A stretch of 64,000 nt of DNA from Candidatus Omnitrophota bacterium (GTDB taxonomy: Bacteria > Omnitrophota > Gorgyraeia > Duberdicusellales > 4484-171), in contig JBDRDJ010000011.1 of NCBI GenBank assembly GCA_043820815.1, forward strand, positions 4,808 to 68,807. Direction: 5' to 3'. Position numbers and translations under genes: made by a program. Below, piece after piece: positions 17,721 to 26,150 of the stretch. Under the pieces are notes generated by a model. That model was not told the DNA's origin. It saw nothing but the letters and a program-made list of their open reading frames with translations, and ran no database searches. How positions within the stretch are numbered: position 1 is the stretch's first letter; each line of letters begins with the position of its first letter.

Positions 17721-19893
17721 TTTTATCAGAAGTCAGATATATAGAATTAAATCTTTAAGGAGAATAATAGCCTATTTGGTTGTTTTTTCTTTGGTTATTC
17801 CTGCCGGAGCCATCCCCCAAGAAATTAACCCCGCTCCTGCCCAGATAAAAAAGGCCTCGATTCCTACTATTTCTTTGGAAGTTAAAGGGATGGATGTTGT
17901 TGATGCCTTGAAGATTATTGCAGACAAAGGAGACTTAAATCTTTCTATAAGCGGTAATGTTCGAGGCAGAATAACATTATTTCTTAAGAATGTCGATATA
18001 TGGAGCGCTCTTGATATAATTGTTGTCTCTGCCGACCTTGCATATGAAATAAACAACAACATAATTTATGTTATGACCGAGCGCGATTATGAAACTAAAT
18101 ACGGTAAAAAATACTGGGACAAGAGAATAATGCAGGCTTTTGGTTTAAAGTATGCAAAAGCTCAGAAAGCACAGGCAATAGTTTCCCAAATTGCATCTAA
18201 AATAGGTAAAATCATAACCGACGAGTCAACCAATACATTGATAGCGGTAGATACTCCCGATAGAATCGAGCTGATAAAAGATGTGATAAAACGCCTTGAT
18301 AAGCCCATTGAAACAAAGGTATTCGATTTGGACTACCTTCCTGTTGATAAGGTTGAGAAAAAGATATCAGAAATGCTCAGCGCAAACAGCGGTATCATCA
18401 AGATTGATGAGGCGACCAATAAAATTTTAATTGCTGATTATCCCGAAAATATCATTAAGATAGAAAGAATGATTAAAGCGTTTGATGAGAAGCCGCTGCA
18501 AGTATTAATTGATGCAAAGATAATTGAGATAGCACCTTCCAAGAAATTCTATACCGGGATTAACTGGGATTATTGGATTACCAAATATTTTAGAACAAAA
18601 GGCGATTTCGCTATTCCCAGCGGCGTAAACGAAAAAGTCCGTTTTGGGACTATCGGCGTTGCAGATGTCGCCGCAAAAGATGATTATTCGGCAATTATTG
18701 ATTTTCTTGAAATATTTGGCGATTCAAAGATACTTTCAAGCCCGAGGATAGTTGTCCTAAATAATGAAGAAGCTAAAATTATCGTAGGAACGCGCGATGC
18801 CTATATAACTTCTATGTCGTCTGAAATCGGCGATTCTCTAACCACAGCCCAAACTGTTAATTTTGTTGACGTAGGCGTTAAGCTTTTTGTTACTCCGACT
18901 ATCAATAAAGCCGGATATATAACTATGAAAATAAAGCCTGAGATAAGTTCATCAGAAAGAGAAACCCTGACTACAGAAGATAAACAAACAGAAGTTCCTA
19001 TTGTAACTACTTCTGAAGCCGAAACCACCGTAATCGTTAAAGATGGTGTGAGCATCATTATGGGGGGTTTGAGAAAAATAACCAGAACCAAAGAAAGAAA
19101 ACAAATTCCTGTATTAGGAGGTATTCCGGGAATAGGGGCATTTTTCAGAAGTAAAAAGGAAGAATCTACCAAGAATGAACTTGTTATTGTGTTGACGCCC
19201 CGCATTGTTTCCGGAGATAGAGCCATTGAAGAAGAGCTGCGTGATAAGATAATGGGAACTATATGGGAAAAAGAAGCAATAAAAGAATTTGGAACGCTTG
19301 AGAAGATAATCAAGCAAGAAGATAAACCGCCTGTTGTAATAATGCCCAATAAAGAAAAACCGCCGGTAATTGAAGACAAAAAAAAAGACGCCATGCCCCT
19401 AAAAAAAAGTAAAATAGTTAAAAAACCAGAAAAAGAGCTCGCCAAAAAAGAAAAAGAAGTTATCAAAAAAGAAAAACCAGCCGAAGCTGAGAGCTTAGAG
19501 CCCCTTACTGTTGTGCCTTTGTCTGTTAAGCCGAAAGAGATGCCCGAACCTGTCAATGCCGGCAGTTATTACCTTGAAATTGCAGACAAAATAAGAGAGA
19601 AAGCAGCAAGGATGGCATCAAAGATGCCTATCTTTTCTGAAGAAGAACAAATCTCTAAATCAGAAAAGCCCTCTAAGGAATCAAAAATAAAATTACCTCT
19701 AAAGGTTAAGGTTAGATTCGTAGTTTCTAAAGAAGGAGGGCTTGTGGGAGAGCCGGTTGTAGTAGCTGCGGATTCAAACGGCAATCTTAAGAGCTTTGCC
19801 CGGGAAATCATAAAAGAATCTTCGCCTTTTCCTGCTTTTCCCGCCTCAGAGAAAGCAAATCTTCAAACCTTCGAAATCACGCTTATATTCTAG
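17692..19893 (+). CDS. gspD: Secretin (GspD/PilQ family) with a C-terminal Lys/Glu/Pro-rich spacer and a TonB-C-like domain
   Basis: N0-like domain (LEVKGMDVVDALKIIADKGDLNLSI), repeated N-domains, and secretin core ...VPVLGGIPGIGAFFRS...LVIVLTPRIV. About 190 extra aa follow the core (see findings). Confidence 0.85.
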   Translation: MRIVLSCTFNFIRSQIYRIKSLRRIIAYLVVFSLVIPAGAIPQEINPAPAQIKKASIPTISLEVKGMDVVDALKIIADKGDLNLSISGNVRGRITLFLKNVDIWSALDIIVVSADLAYEINNNIIYVMTERDYETKYGKKYWDKRIMQAFGLKYAKAQKAQAIVSQIASKIGKIITDESTNTLIAVDTPDRIELIKDVIKRLDKPIETKVFDLDYLPVDKVEKKISEMLSANSGIIKIDEATNKILIADYPENIIKIERMIKAFDEKPLQVLIDAKIIEIAPSKKFYTGINWDYWITKYFRTKGDFAIPSGVNEKVRFGTIGVADVAAKDDYSAIIDFLEIFGDSKILSSPRIVVLNNEEAKIIVGTRDAYITSMSSEIGDSLTTAQTVNFVDVGVKLFVTPTINKAGYITMKIKPEISSSERETLTTEDKQTEVPIVTTSEAETTVIVKDGVSIIMGGLRKITRTKERKQIPVLGGIPGIGAFFRSKKEESTKNELVIVLTPRIVSGDRAIEEELRDKIMGTIWEKEAIKEFGTLEKIIKQEDKPPVVIMPNKEKPPVIEDKKKDAMPLKKSKIVKKPEKELAKKEKEVIKKEKPAEAESLEPLTVVPLSVKPKEMPEPVNAGSYYLEIADKIREKAARMASKMPIFSEEEQISKSEKPSKESKIKLPLKVKVRFVVSKEGGLVGEPVVVAADSNGNLKSFAREIIKESSPFPAFPASEKANLQTFEITLIF

Positions 19894-20004
19894 TCGTTTA
19901 ATTAAAATTCATATTTAAGATTCAAACAGATTTCAGAGATTAAAAGTGTTGTAGAATAAGGCGAATTATAATCTCAGTAATCTTTCTCCAATCTCAGTAA
20001 TCAA

Positions 20005-20042
20005 ACTGGAGTTTCTTCGATTTTAAAATGGAAAACTCCAGT
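20005..20042 (+). terminator. Hairpin after the secretin gene (10-bp stem ACTGGAGTTT/AAACTCCAGT, 18-nt loop)
   Basis: Perfect 10-bp inverted repeat at 20005-20014 and 20033-20042. It lacks a strong U-tract, so terminator function is uncertain. Confidence 0.35.
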
Positions 20043-20205
20043 ATAAATTTAGGTTGAATGATTGCCGGACAGGGGTAAAATAAATAAAAGGGGTAAATTT
20101 CTTTTAAGATCCTTCGTCCGCCTTTGGGCGGACTCAGGATTCAATTCGGACTTATCCCGCCCCTTTTGGAAAAAGGGCGGGATGTCCTCATTGAAGGAGG
20201 TGGGT

Positions 20206-20763
20206 ATGTTAGTTCCCGTTTTTATTATTGCGATTATTCTATTGGTGCCGGTTGTTATGTATAACAGCCTTGTGGGCAAAAAGAACCAGGTAAGCAATGT
20301 TTTTGCAAGCATCGACGCACTGCTTAAAAAGCGCTATGATTTAATTCCTAATCTAGTTTCAACAGTAAAAACTTATATGAAGCATGAGCAGAATACCCTA
20401 ACGAACATAACTGAAATAAGGGCAAAAGCAACTTCAGGCCGGATTTCAGACGATGAGAAGGTTGACCTTGATAATAAAATGTCTAAGATGCTGGGAGGCA
20501 TTATGGTTGCTGTTGAAAACTATCCTGACCTTAAAGCAAACCAGAACTTTCTTCAGCTTCAAGCGTCCTTAAATGAAATTGAAGAGCAGGTTTCAGCGGC
20601 AAGGCGCGCTTACAATGCCGCTGTTACCGATTATAACAATGCGATAGAGATGTTTCCAACCAACATTATGGCTACAATGATGAATTATAAAAATAAAAGG
20701 CTTTTTGAAATAGCTGAAAATGAACGAGCCAATATCGACGTTGGAAAATTATTTAATAACTGA
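20206..20763 (+). CDS. lemA: LemA family protein
   Basis: The ATG at 20206 is preceded by GAAGGAGG (20193-20200). N-terminal TM, then YNSLVGKKNQVSNVFASIDALLKKRYDLIPNLV...YPDLKAN, the LemA consensus. The track start at 20062 is an upstream over-extension. Confidence 0.85.
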   Translation: MLVPVFIIAIILLVPVVMYNSLVGKKNQVSNVFASIDALLKKRYDLIPNLVSTVKTYMKHEQNTLTNITEIRAKATSGRISDDEKVDLDNKMSKMLGGIMVAVENYPDLKANQNFLQLQASLNEIEEQVSAARRAYNAAVTDYNNAIEMFPTNIMATMMNYKNKRLFEIAENERANIDVGKLFNN

Positions 20764-20798
20764 TAATAATTTATAGAAAAGATTATCTTGTTATCAGG

Positions 20799-21761
20799 AT
20801 GTCCATGAAAACAATAGATGATTTGAGGGATTATTATAACTCGGCATTGGTTAAGGATCTTAGCCTGCTTGAAACTAAGCGAAAGGGCATAGTTAAGAAT
20901 CTGATCTATGCCGCGATACCCATAACAGGCATTTTAACTGTTTTCGCGCTGTTCATTATTCGCTCAAGCCAGGACCCCGGAGTTTTAATTATTTTTGCGG
21001 CTCTTTCTTTGTTTATATTCGCCGCGGTATACTATTTTTTTACAAGAGATTATGTCAGAGAATTTAAATCAGCGATAATACATAAAATAGTAAAATTTAT
21101 CGATAGCGGGCTGGATTATTCCAGAGAAAGGTGTATTGGCGAATCCGTATTTAAAGAATCCCGTATATTTAAAAATAATATCGATAGGTACAGGGGCGAT
21201 GATTATGTTTCGGGAAAGATCGGGGCAACTGAAGTAAAATTCTCTGAAATCCATGCCGAATATGTAACCAGGGACAGTAAAGGAAGAAGGACTTACCATA
21301 CTATTTTTAAAGGAATATTTTTTATCGCTGATTTTAATAAATCTTTTAAGGGCAAAACCGTAGTCCTTCCCGATACGGCGGAACGCCTGTTTGGCCATAT
21401 CGGTAGCATGCTTCAATCCTGGAATTTTACCAGAGGCCAGCTTATTAAATTAGATGACCCTGAATTTGAAAAGATTTTTGCCGTTTACGGCGATGACCAA
21501 ATTGTTGCCCGCTACATTCTCTCAACGAGCCTTATGAAACGCATAACCGATTTTAAGAAAAAGACAAAGAGGCAGATATATTTGTCTTTCATATCCCAAA
21601 ATGTCTATGTTGCCATTTCATACACAAGGAACCTTTTCGAACCCAGGGTATTTAAGACCTTGCTCGATTTTAACCCTATTAAAGAATATTATAACGACCT
21701 TGCCCTTGCGGTTGGCATTGTTGAAGACTTAAACTTAAACACGCGTATCTGGTCGAAATAA
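20799..21761 (+). CDS. DUF3137-like membrane protein (frequent LemA neighbour)
   Basis: Two N-terminal TM segments and a central block YRGDDYVSGKIGATEVKFSEIHAEY...YHTIFKGIFFIADFNK. The family is recalled from memory, not searched. Confidence 0.5.
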   Translation: MSMKTIDDLRDYYNSALVKDLSLLETKRKGIVKNLIYAAIPITGILTVFALFIIRSSQDPGVLIIFAALSLFIFAAVYYFFTRDYVREFKSAIIHKIVKFIDSGLDYSRERCIGESVFKESRIFKNNIDRYRGDDYVSGKIGATEVKFSEIHAEYVTRDSKGRRTYHTIFKGIFFIADFNKSFKGKTVVLPDTAERLFGHIGSMLQSWNFTRGQLIKLDDPEFEKIFAVYGDDQIVARYILSTSLMKRITDFKKKTKRQIYLSFISQNVYVAISYTRNLFEPRVFKTLLDFNPIKEYYNDLALAVGIVEDLNLNTRIWSK

Positions 21762-21774
21762 CATAGGAGCAAAT

Positions 21775-22158
21775 ATGCAAACGCCGAGCATTTTAATAGT
21801 TGAAGACGAAATACAGACTGCAAATGTTATAAAAAACAGCCTGAGGGCTTTTTTCGGCTGCTGCGCTCAAGTCATTGATAACGGAAAGGAAGCAATCGAA
21901 AATATAAAACAGAATAATTACGACCTTGTTATTTTAGATATTAAGATGCCGGGTTTAAGCGGTATCGATGTATTAAGGAATTTAAAAAACGCCCCTAACC
22001 GTCCCGATTTCTTAGTCATTACCGCCTGGGACAGTGAACAGGTTGCAGACGAAGCTATAAAAGAGGGCGTGCGCGATTATATTATTAAACCCGTTGAGCT
22101 TGGAACTTTGAAGGAAAAAGTAGAAGCCATCCTTAAAAAACGAAACAACCCCACCTAA
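21775..22158 (+). CDS. Stand-alone response regulator receiver (CheY-like)
   Basis: ILIVEDE..., phospho-acceptor context DLVILDIKMPGLSG, T/A-W and K-P motifs. 127 aa. Confidence 0.85.
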   Translation: MQTPSILIVEDEIQTANVIKNSLRAFFGCCAQVIDNGKEAIENIKQNNYDLVILDIKMPGLSGIDVLRNLKNAPNRPDFLVITAWDSEQVADEAIKEGVRDYIIKPVELGTLKEKVEAILKKRNNPT

Positions 22159-22180
22159 ATTCCCAGAGCTTGAATAAGCA

Positions 22181-22297
22181 TCAAATCTTAAATTAAAAAT
22201 CAAAATGTAAATATCAAAATGTAAAATTCTTAGAGTCACATCAAGATTTTTAATTTTACATTGCAATTTTGATTTTTAATTTTTGATATTTGATTTT
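22181..22297. repeat. AT-rich inverted-repeat element, copy A (second copy at 62075-62193)
   Basis: 17-bp (22189-22205 / 22266-22282) and 11-bp (22218-22228 / 22252-22262) perfect complementary arms. The ends AAAATCAAAATGTAAATAT and ATTTTTAATTTTTGATATTTGATTT are shared with copy B. It lies between convergent genes. Confidence 0.7.
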
Positions 22298-22300
22298 ATA

Positions 22301-22876
22301 TCAGATGTGGGGGGGGATCTGGACTATAATGCATTGAGACTGGCGGCGGGCTATGTTTTCGAATGAATGAGCGAGGCTGCTGTCAAAAGTCATGGAACTG
22401 CCCTTATCAAGCGTATACTTTTTATCATTTATAATACAAAAAATTTTTCCTTTTGTTACATATACCCATTTCTCATGTTTTGGCTCGGCTTGGGGGTCTT
22501 TTTCTATGCCGGTTTTTCCCTGAGGGTTAAGAGTCAGCTCTAATGCAAGAAATTTCCTTTTCGCGGGCGATAATATGTCAGCATAAGCATTATTATTGTA
22601 TTGATACCTTCCTTCCCTGCGGTTCCTTTTAACAAAGTCTAAGATTCCGTCTTCTTCATCGATATCCTTTTTTAATTCAGAAAAGGTAATTCCTAAGGCA
22701 AGGCATATTTGATAGAGGGAAGTTGCCCTTCCGTCAGTTTCTCCCTTTTCAATTCTTAATAGAGTGCGGTAGCTTAGAGCCTTATCATGAAATAGTTCTA
22801 TAAGCTTTAAATGTACGTCTTTTATGGTTAATTTCTTACTTTTTCTTATAGAAATTATTTTCTGGTGTAACTTCAT
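22301..22876 (-). CDS. XRE-family HTH transcriptional regulator with C-terminal cupin domain
   Basis: N-terminal HTH_3-like region (LTIKDVHLKL...LLRIEKGETDGRATSLYQICLALGI). C-terminal cupin pattern (G...F.....H.FEN). Confidence 0.75.
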   Translation of the reverse strand: MKLHQKIISIRKSKKLTIKDVHLKLIELFHDKALSYRTLLRIEKGETDGRATSLYQICLALGITFSELKKDIDEEDGILDFVKRNRREGRYQYNNNAYADILSPAKRKFLALELTLNPQGKTGIEKDPQAEPKHEKWVYVTKGKIFCIINDKKYTLDKGSSMTFDSSLAHSFENIARRQSQCIIVQIPPHI

Positions 22877-23134
22877 AATTACTATAAATTTAGCTTAAAA
22901 TTAGTCATCTGTCAAGATTTTTATATAAAAACTATATAATGGCATACTATTGGCAGTTATTTTAATGCTACATAACATATTGTACGACAGTATGTTATCT
23001 CGATAAACCAGCAATGATCATATGACATATATTCTGATATTATCTTGACAAATGTCACATCTGTATGGTATATATTAATTGAGGGCATGAAAGCACGCCC
23101 AATAGAAAATTTTCTTAAAAAGGAGGTGATAATT

Positions 23135-23932
23135 ATGGATGCATATAAAAAAAGAGTTTTGGTGGTTGATGATGAACCCGAGACTGTTTCAGTGTTGAAA
23201 CGCTTTCTTTCGCACTACAACTACGATGTAGACGGAGCATCAAACGCAGATCAAGCCTTAGAGATATTAAAAGATTCCGGCGCCGATTTAGTCATGCTTG
23301 ATATTATGATGCCTGGCTTAAAAGGAGATGAGTTAGCAAAAATAATCAGAGCCAAATACCAAGGCATAAAGATAATTGTCCTAACCGGGCATTGCAAGGA
23401 GCTTGAGGTTTTGTTAAAGGATGGCCTCATCGACGGGGCTTTTGTAAAGCCGGTAAGCCTGCATGAATTAAGTAACAAGATTTTTCTAATCTTGTCTGAT
23501 TGTGAAAGCCATCTTAGAGCAGAAAGAACAAAAAAAGACATAAGCGCACATATCATTTCGATTAAGGCTAAACTTCTTTTTATTGAACCGTCTGAGATGA
23601 CATATGAATTCTTAAGCACTTATTTCAAAGGGATGTCTAAGAAAGGCGAATATTACCTGACAGATGTTGCTCACACGCCGCATGAGATAATTGAGAAACT
23701 TGCAATGTTTAACCCTGATATATTTGTTGTTAACGCCTCCTTTTTTAAGGGGGGAAATACAAAAGTCTTTCAGACAATTTTTGATAAAAACTTATGTCCC
23801 GATGAGTGTATTATTTATAATAATTGCAATTTAAATGTAATGCAGGAAACAGAATTGCTGAGGCTTACAAAATCTATCGAAACAACTTGCTTAAGAAAGG
23901 GCCTCATACAGACTAATTCGGTGAAATTATGA
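23135..23932 (+). CDS. Response regulator: receiver domain plus a degenerate second receiver-like domain
   Basis: The ATG at 23135 follows AGGAGGTG. REC motifs are VLVVDDEPE, DLVMLDIMMPGLKG and KP. The C-terminal half (KLLFIEPSE...NPDIFVVNASFF) looks receiver-like but lacks the acidic pocket. The track start at 23045 coincides with a TTGACA -35 box. Confidence 0.75.
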   Translation: MDAYKKRVLVVDDEPETVSVLKRFLSHYNYDVDGASNADQALEILKDSGADLVMLDIMMPGLKGDELAKIIRAKYQGIKIIVLTGHCKELEVLLKDGLIDGAFVKPVSLHELSNKIFLILSDCESHLRAERTKKDISAHIISIKAKLLFIEPSEMTYEFLSTYFKGMSKKGEYYLTDVAHTPHEIIEKLAMFNPDIFVVNASFFKGGNTKVFQTIFDKNLCPDECIIYNNCNLNVMQETELLRLTKSIETTCLRKGLIQTNSVKL

Positions 23933-25635
23933 ATAACATTCAGGGCACACAGGATTATTTTGTCGGCCAGTTATTTATTGAGGAGGGCATTATCACGCAA
24001 GAACAACTTGCTTTGGCCCAAAGCCGGCAGCAGAAAGACAAGAAACCAATTTGCGAAACAATAGTCGAGATGGGTTTTTCATCGCAGGATAAGGTCACAA
24101 ATGCTTTGTACCGGCAGCTAAATACACCCTATGTAACGTTAAGGGATAAAATCATAGACCATGAAGTAATTCAAAAAGTGCCCCTGGAGGTAGCTAACCA
24201 TTATAAAATTGTGCCTCTCGAATTTAAAGATGATTCAATAACTGTTGCCATGTGTAACCTCGATGATTTTAGCGTTTTAGATGAAATTCGCCTGCTTTTA
24301 GGAATGAAAGTCACGGCAGTTTCAGCGAGTGAGTCTGAAATCCAGACGGCAATAAGGGTATATTACGGTGTCGGAGCCCAGACCGTAGATAAAATGATTG
24401 CTAAACGGCATGAAAATCCTGTTGAGAGTATAGCCAAAGAAAATATTGAAGAGGCAAAGTTTTCTCAGGAAGACCATACTATTATACATTTCGTTAACCA
24501 GGTACTTAATGAGGCAGTCAGGTCAAAAGCAACCGATATTCATCTTGAACCCTTTCAGGATGAACTGCGCACGCGTTTTAGAATCGACGGCGTGCTATAT
24601 GATATTCATACTTCCCGGGATATCCGTTTTTTCCATCCGGCAATTGTTTCGCGGATTAAAATTATGGCTAACCTTGATATTTCCGAACACCGCCTGCCTC
24701 AAGACGGGCGCATTACTCTGAAAATTAACAGCCAGGAGCTTGATCTGCGTATATCAATCCTCTCAACTTCCCATGGCGAAGCAGTGCACATAAGAATTTT
24801 GAGCCCTCAGTCCTTCTTAACATTGGATAAGTTAGGGCTTAAAGAAGAGGACCGCATTTTAATAACAGAAGAGTTAAAAAAGCCCCACGGCCTTTTGCTC
24901 GTTGCCGGCCCCACGGGCGCGGGAAAATCTACAACTCTATATGCCTGCCTTTCACAGATAAATTTAGATTCTCTTAAGGTGATAACGGTTGAAGACCCTA
25001 TTGAGTATCACCTGCGCGGCATAAATCAAATTCAAATTAATCCTAAAATAGGGCTTAGCTTTGCAACCGGCCTCCGGCATATACTCCGCCACGACCCCGA
25101 TGTAATGATGGTGGGGGAAATCAGAGATTACGAAACCGCCGAGATAGCGATTCGGGCCGCCTTAACCGGCCACCTTGTTTTTTCAACCCTGCATACGAAT
25201 GATGCCGCAAGTGCCGTTGTCCGTCTTGTAGATATGGGAATCGAACCGTTTTTACTTTCTTCTTCAATGGAATGCATTATTTCTCAGCGCCTGGTTAAAC
25301 TCATTTGTCCCTATTGCCGCAAACCTCTCAAACCAACCCAGCAAATGCGCGAACTTTTGTATTTAGCCGATTGTCAAGCCGCAAACATTGAATTTTATGA
25401 AGGAAACGGTTGCAAGGAATGTCGTAATACCGGTTACCGCGGCAGAACCGGCATCTATGAAATTTTAAAGGTAAACGAGGATATAAAGGAGTTAATTGCC
25501 CAGCGCGCTACATGCAAGAAAATATTTAACCATGCCAAATCCTTAGGTATGCATTCGCTTAAACAGGATGGTTTTCTCAAGGCAGTAAGAGGAATTACAA
25601 CCTTAACTGAAGTGTTAAGGGTAACACAGGAATAA
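23929..25635 (+). CDS. Second GspE/PilB-family secretion ATPase (orphan paralog, no adjacent platform gene)
   Basis: GPTGAGKST, DPDVMMVGEIRD, TGHLVFSTLHTND, CPYC...CKEC. It has the same length (568 aa) as gspE and an ATGA overlap with the upstream regulator. Confidence 0.9.
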   Translation: MNNIQGTQDYFVGQLFIEEGIITQEQLALAQSRQQKDKKPICETIVEMGFSSQDKVTNALYRQLNTPYVTLRDKIIDHEVIQKVPLEVANHYKIVPLEFKDDSITVAMCNLDDFSVLDEIRLLLGMKVTAVSASESEIQTAIRVYYGVGAQTVDKMIAKRHENPVESIAKENIEEAKFSQEDHTIIHFVNQVLNEAVRSKATDIHLEPFQDELRTRFRIDGVLYDIHTSRDIRFFHPAIVSRIKIMANLDISEHRLPQDGRITLKINSQELDLRISILSTSHGEAVHIRILSPQSFLTLDKLGLKEEDRILITEELKKPHGLLLVAGPTGAGKSTTLYACLSQINLDSLKVITVEDPIEYHLRGINQIQINPKIGLSFATGLRHILRHDPDVMMVGEIRDYETAEIAIRAALTGHLVFSTLHTNDAASAVVRLVDMGIEPFLLSSSMECIISQRLVKLICPYCRKPLKPTQQMRELLYLADCQAANIEFYEGNGCKECRNTGYRGRTGIYEILKVNEDIKELIAQRATCKKIFNHAKSLGMHSLKQDGFLKAVRGITTLTEVLRVTQE

Positions 25636-25677
25636 AAGCAGTAATTAAGAAACCTCCTCCCCTCTTTTTCTCGGTAG

Positions 25678-25715
25678 CCCCGTTAGGGGATAACCCCCTA
25701 ACGGGGTTTACTTTA
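25678..25715 (+). terminator. Rho-independent terminator (12-bp GC-rich stem plus T-rich tail)
   Basis: CCCCGTTAGGGG (25678-25689) pairs perfectly with CCCCTAACGGGG (25695-25706). The loop is ATAAC and is followed by TTTACTTTATT. Confidence 0.7.
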
Positions 25716-25741
25716 TTGAAATATCTGATAAAATATCTTAC

Positions 25742-26110
25742 ATGGCTAAAAATAAGCCGAATTTAAACAGGGATGAGAGAAGGCGTGCCGAGCGCCTTAT
25801 TATTTCTTTGCCTGTTGTATACAGGCAGAAGCAAAAGAGCAGGTGGCTTAGGGCAAAGTGTAAGAATGTAAGCGGAATGGGAGTTGGGATATTTACGGGA
25901 AAGCCTTTAACCCCCTCTGATAAAATTGTTGTATGCATCGGGAAGAAAACTCGCTTAATGGATCCTTTTATTATTCATTGTGAGGTAATGCGGTCTAAAA
26001 AAGTAAAGGCAGGCTTGTTTGAAGCAGGCCTGTTGTTTGTTAAAATAGAGGAGAGGGATAAGTTTTTTGAGTTTATCTGTTGTAAAATGGTTGAGAAATC
26101 AATGGATTAA
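25742..26110 (+). CDS. PilZ domain protein
   Basis: RRRAER (RxxxR) and NVSGMG (D/NxSxxG) motifs at PilZ spacing. 122 aa. Confidence 0.8.
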   Translation: MAKNKPNLNRDERRRAERLIISLPVVYRQKQKSRWLRAKCKNVSGMGVGIFTGKPLTPSDKIVVCIGKKTRLMDPFIIHCEVMRSKKVKAGLFEAGLLFVKIEERDKFFEFICCKMVEKSMD

Positions 26111-26150
26111 ATTAAAAATGACAGTACGTTTTCTTGTATAAGGAGGAGCC

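Noticed and set aside
18801-19556. 251-aa minus-strand ORF opposite the secretin gene
   Set aside because: It is the antisense of the secretin core and the Lys/Glu-rich spacer. Its Ser/Phe/Leu-rich sequence mirrors AAG/GAA codons, and it has no start context.
9307-19893. Calling the operon a type IVa pilus system
   Set aside because: The major subunit has the T2SS-specific DPWxxxYxY motif, a GspK homologue is present, and no PilT or large tip adhesin is seen. The pilMNOPQ-like order of the second half is reported as a finding instead.
20062-20205. N-terminal 48-aa extension of LemA proposed by the ORF track
   Set aside because: The extension covers two intergenic GC hairpins and is not LemA-like. 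A strong GAAGGAGG SD precedes the ATG at 20206, which begins the expected TM helix.
22181-22297. Possible CRISPR array suggested by the repeated AAATCAAAATGTAAA-type strings
   Set aside because: The repeats are inverted, not direct. There is no regular repeat-spacer periodicity and no cas genes. The second locus (62075-62193) has the same hairpin layout.
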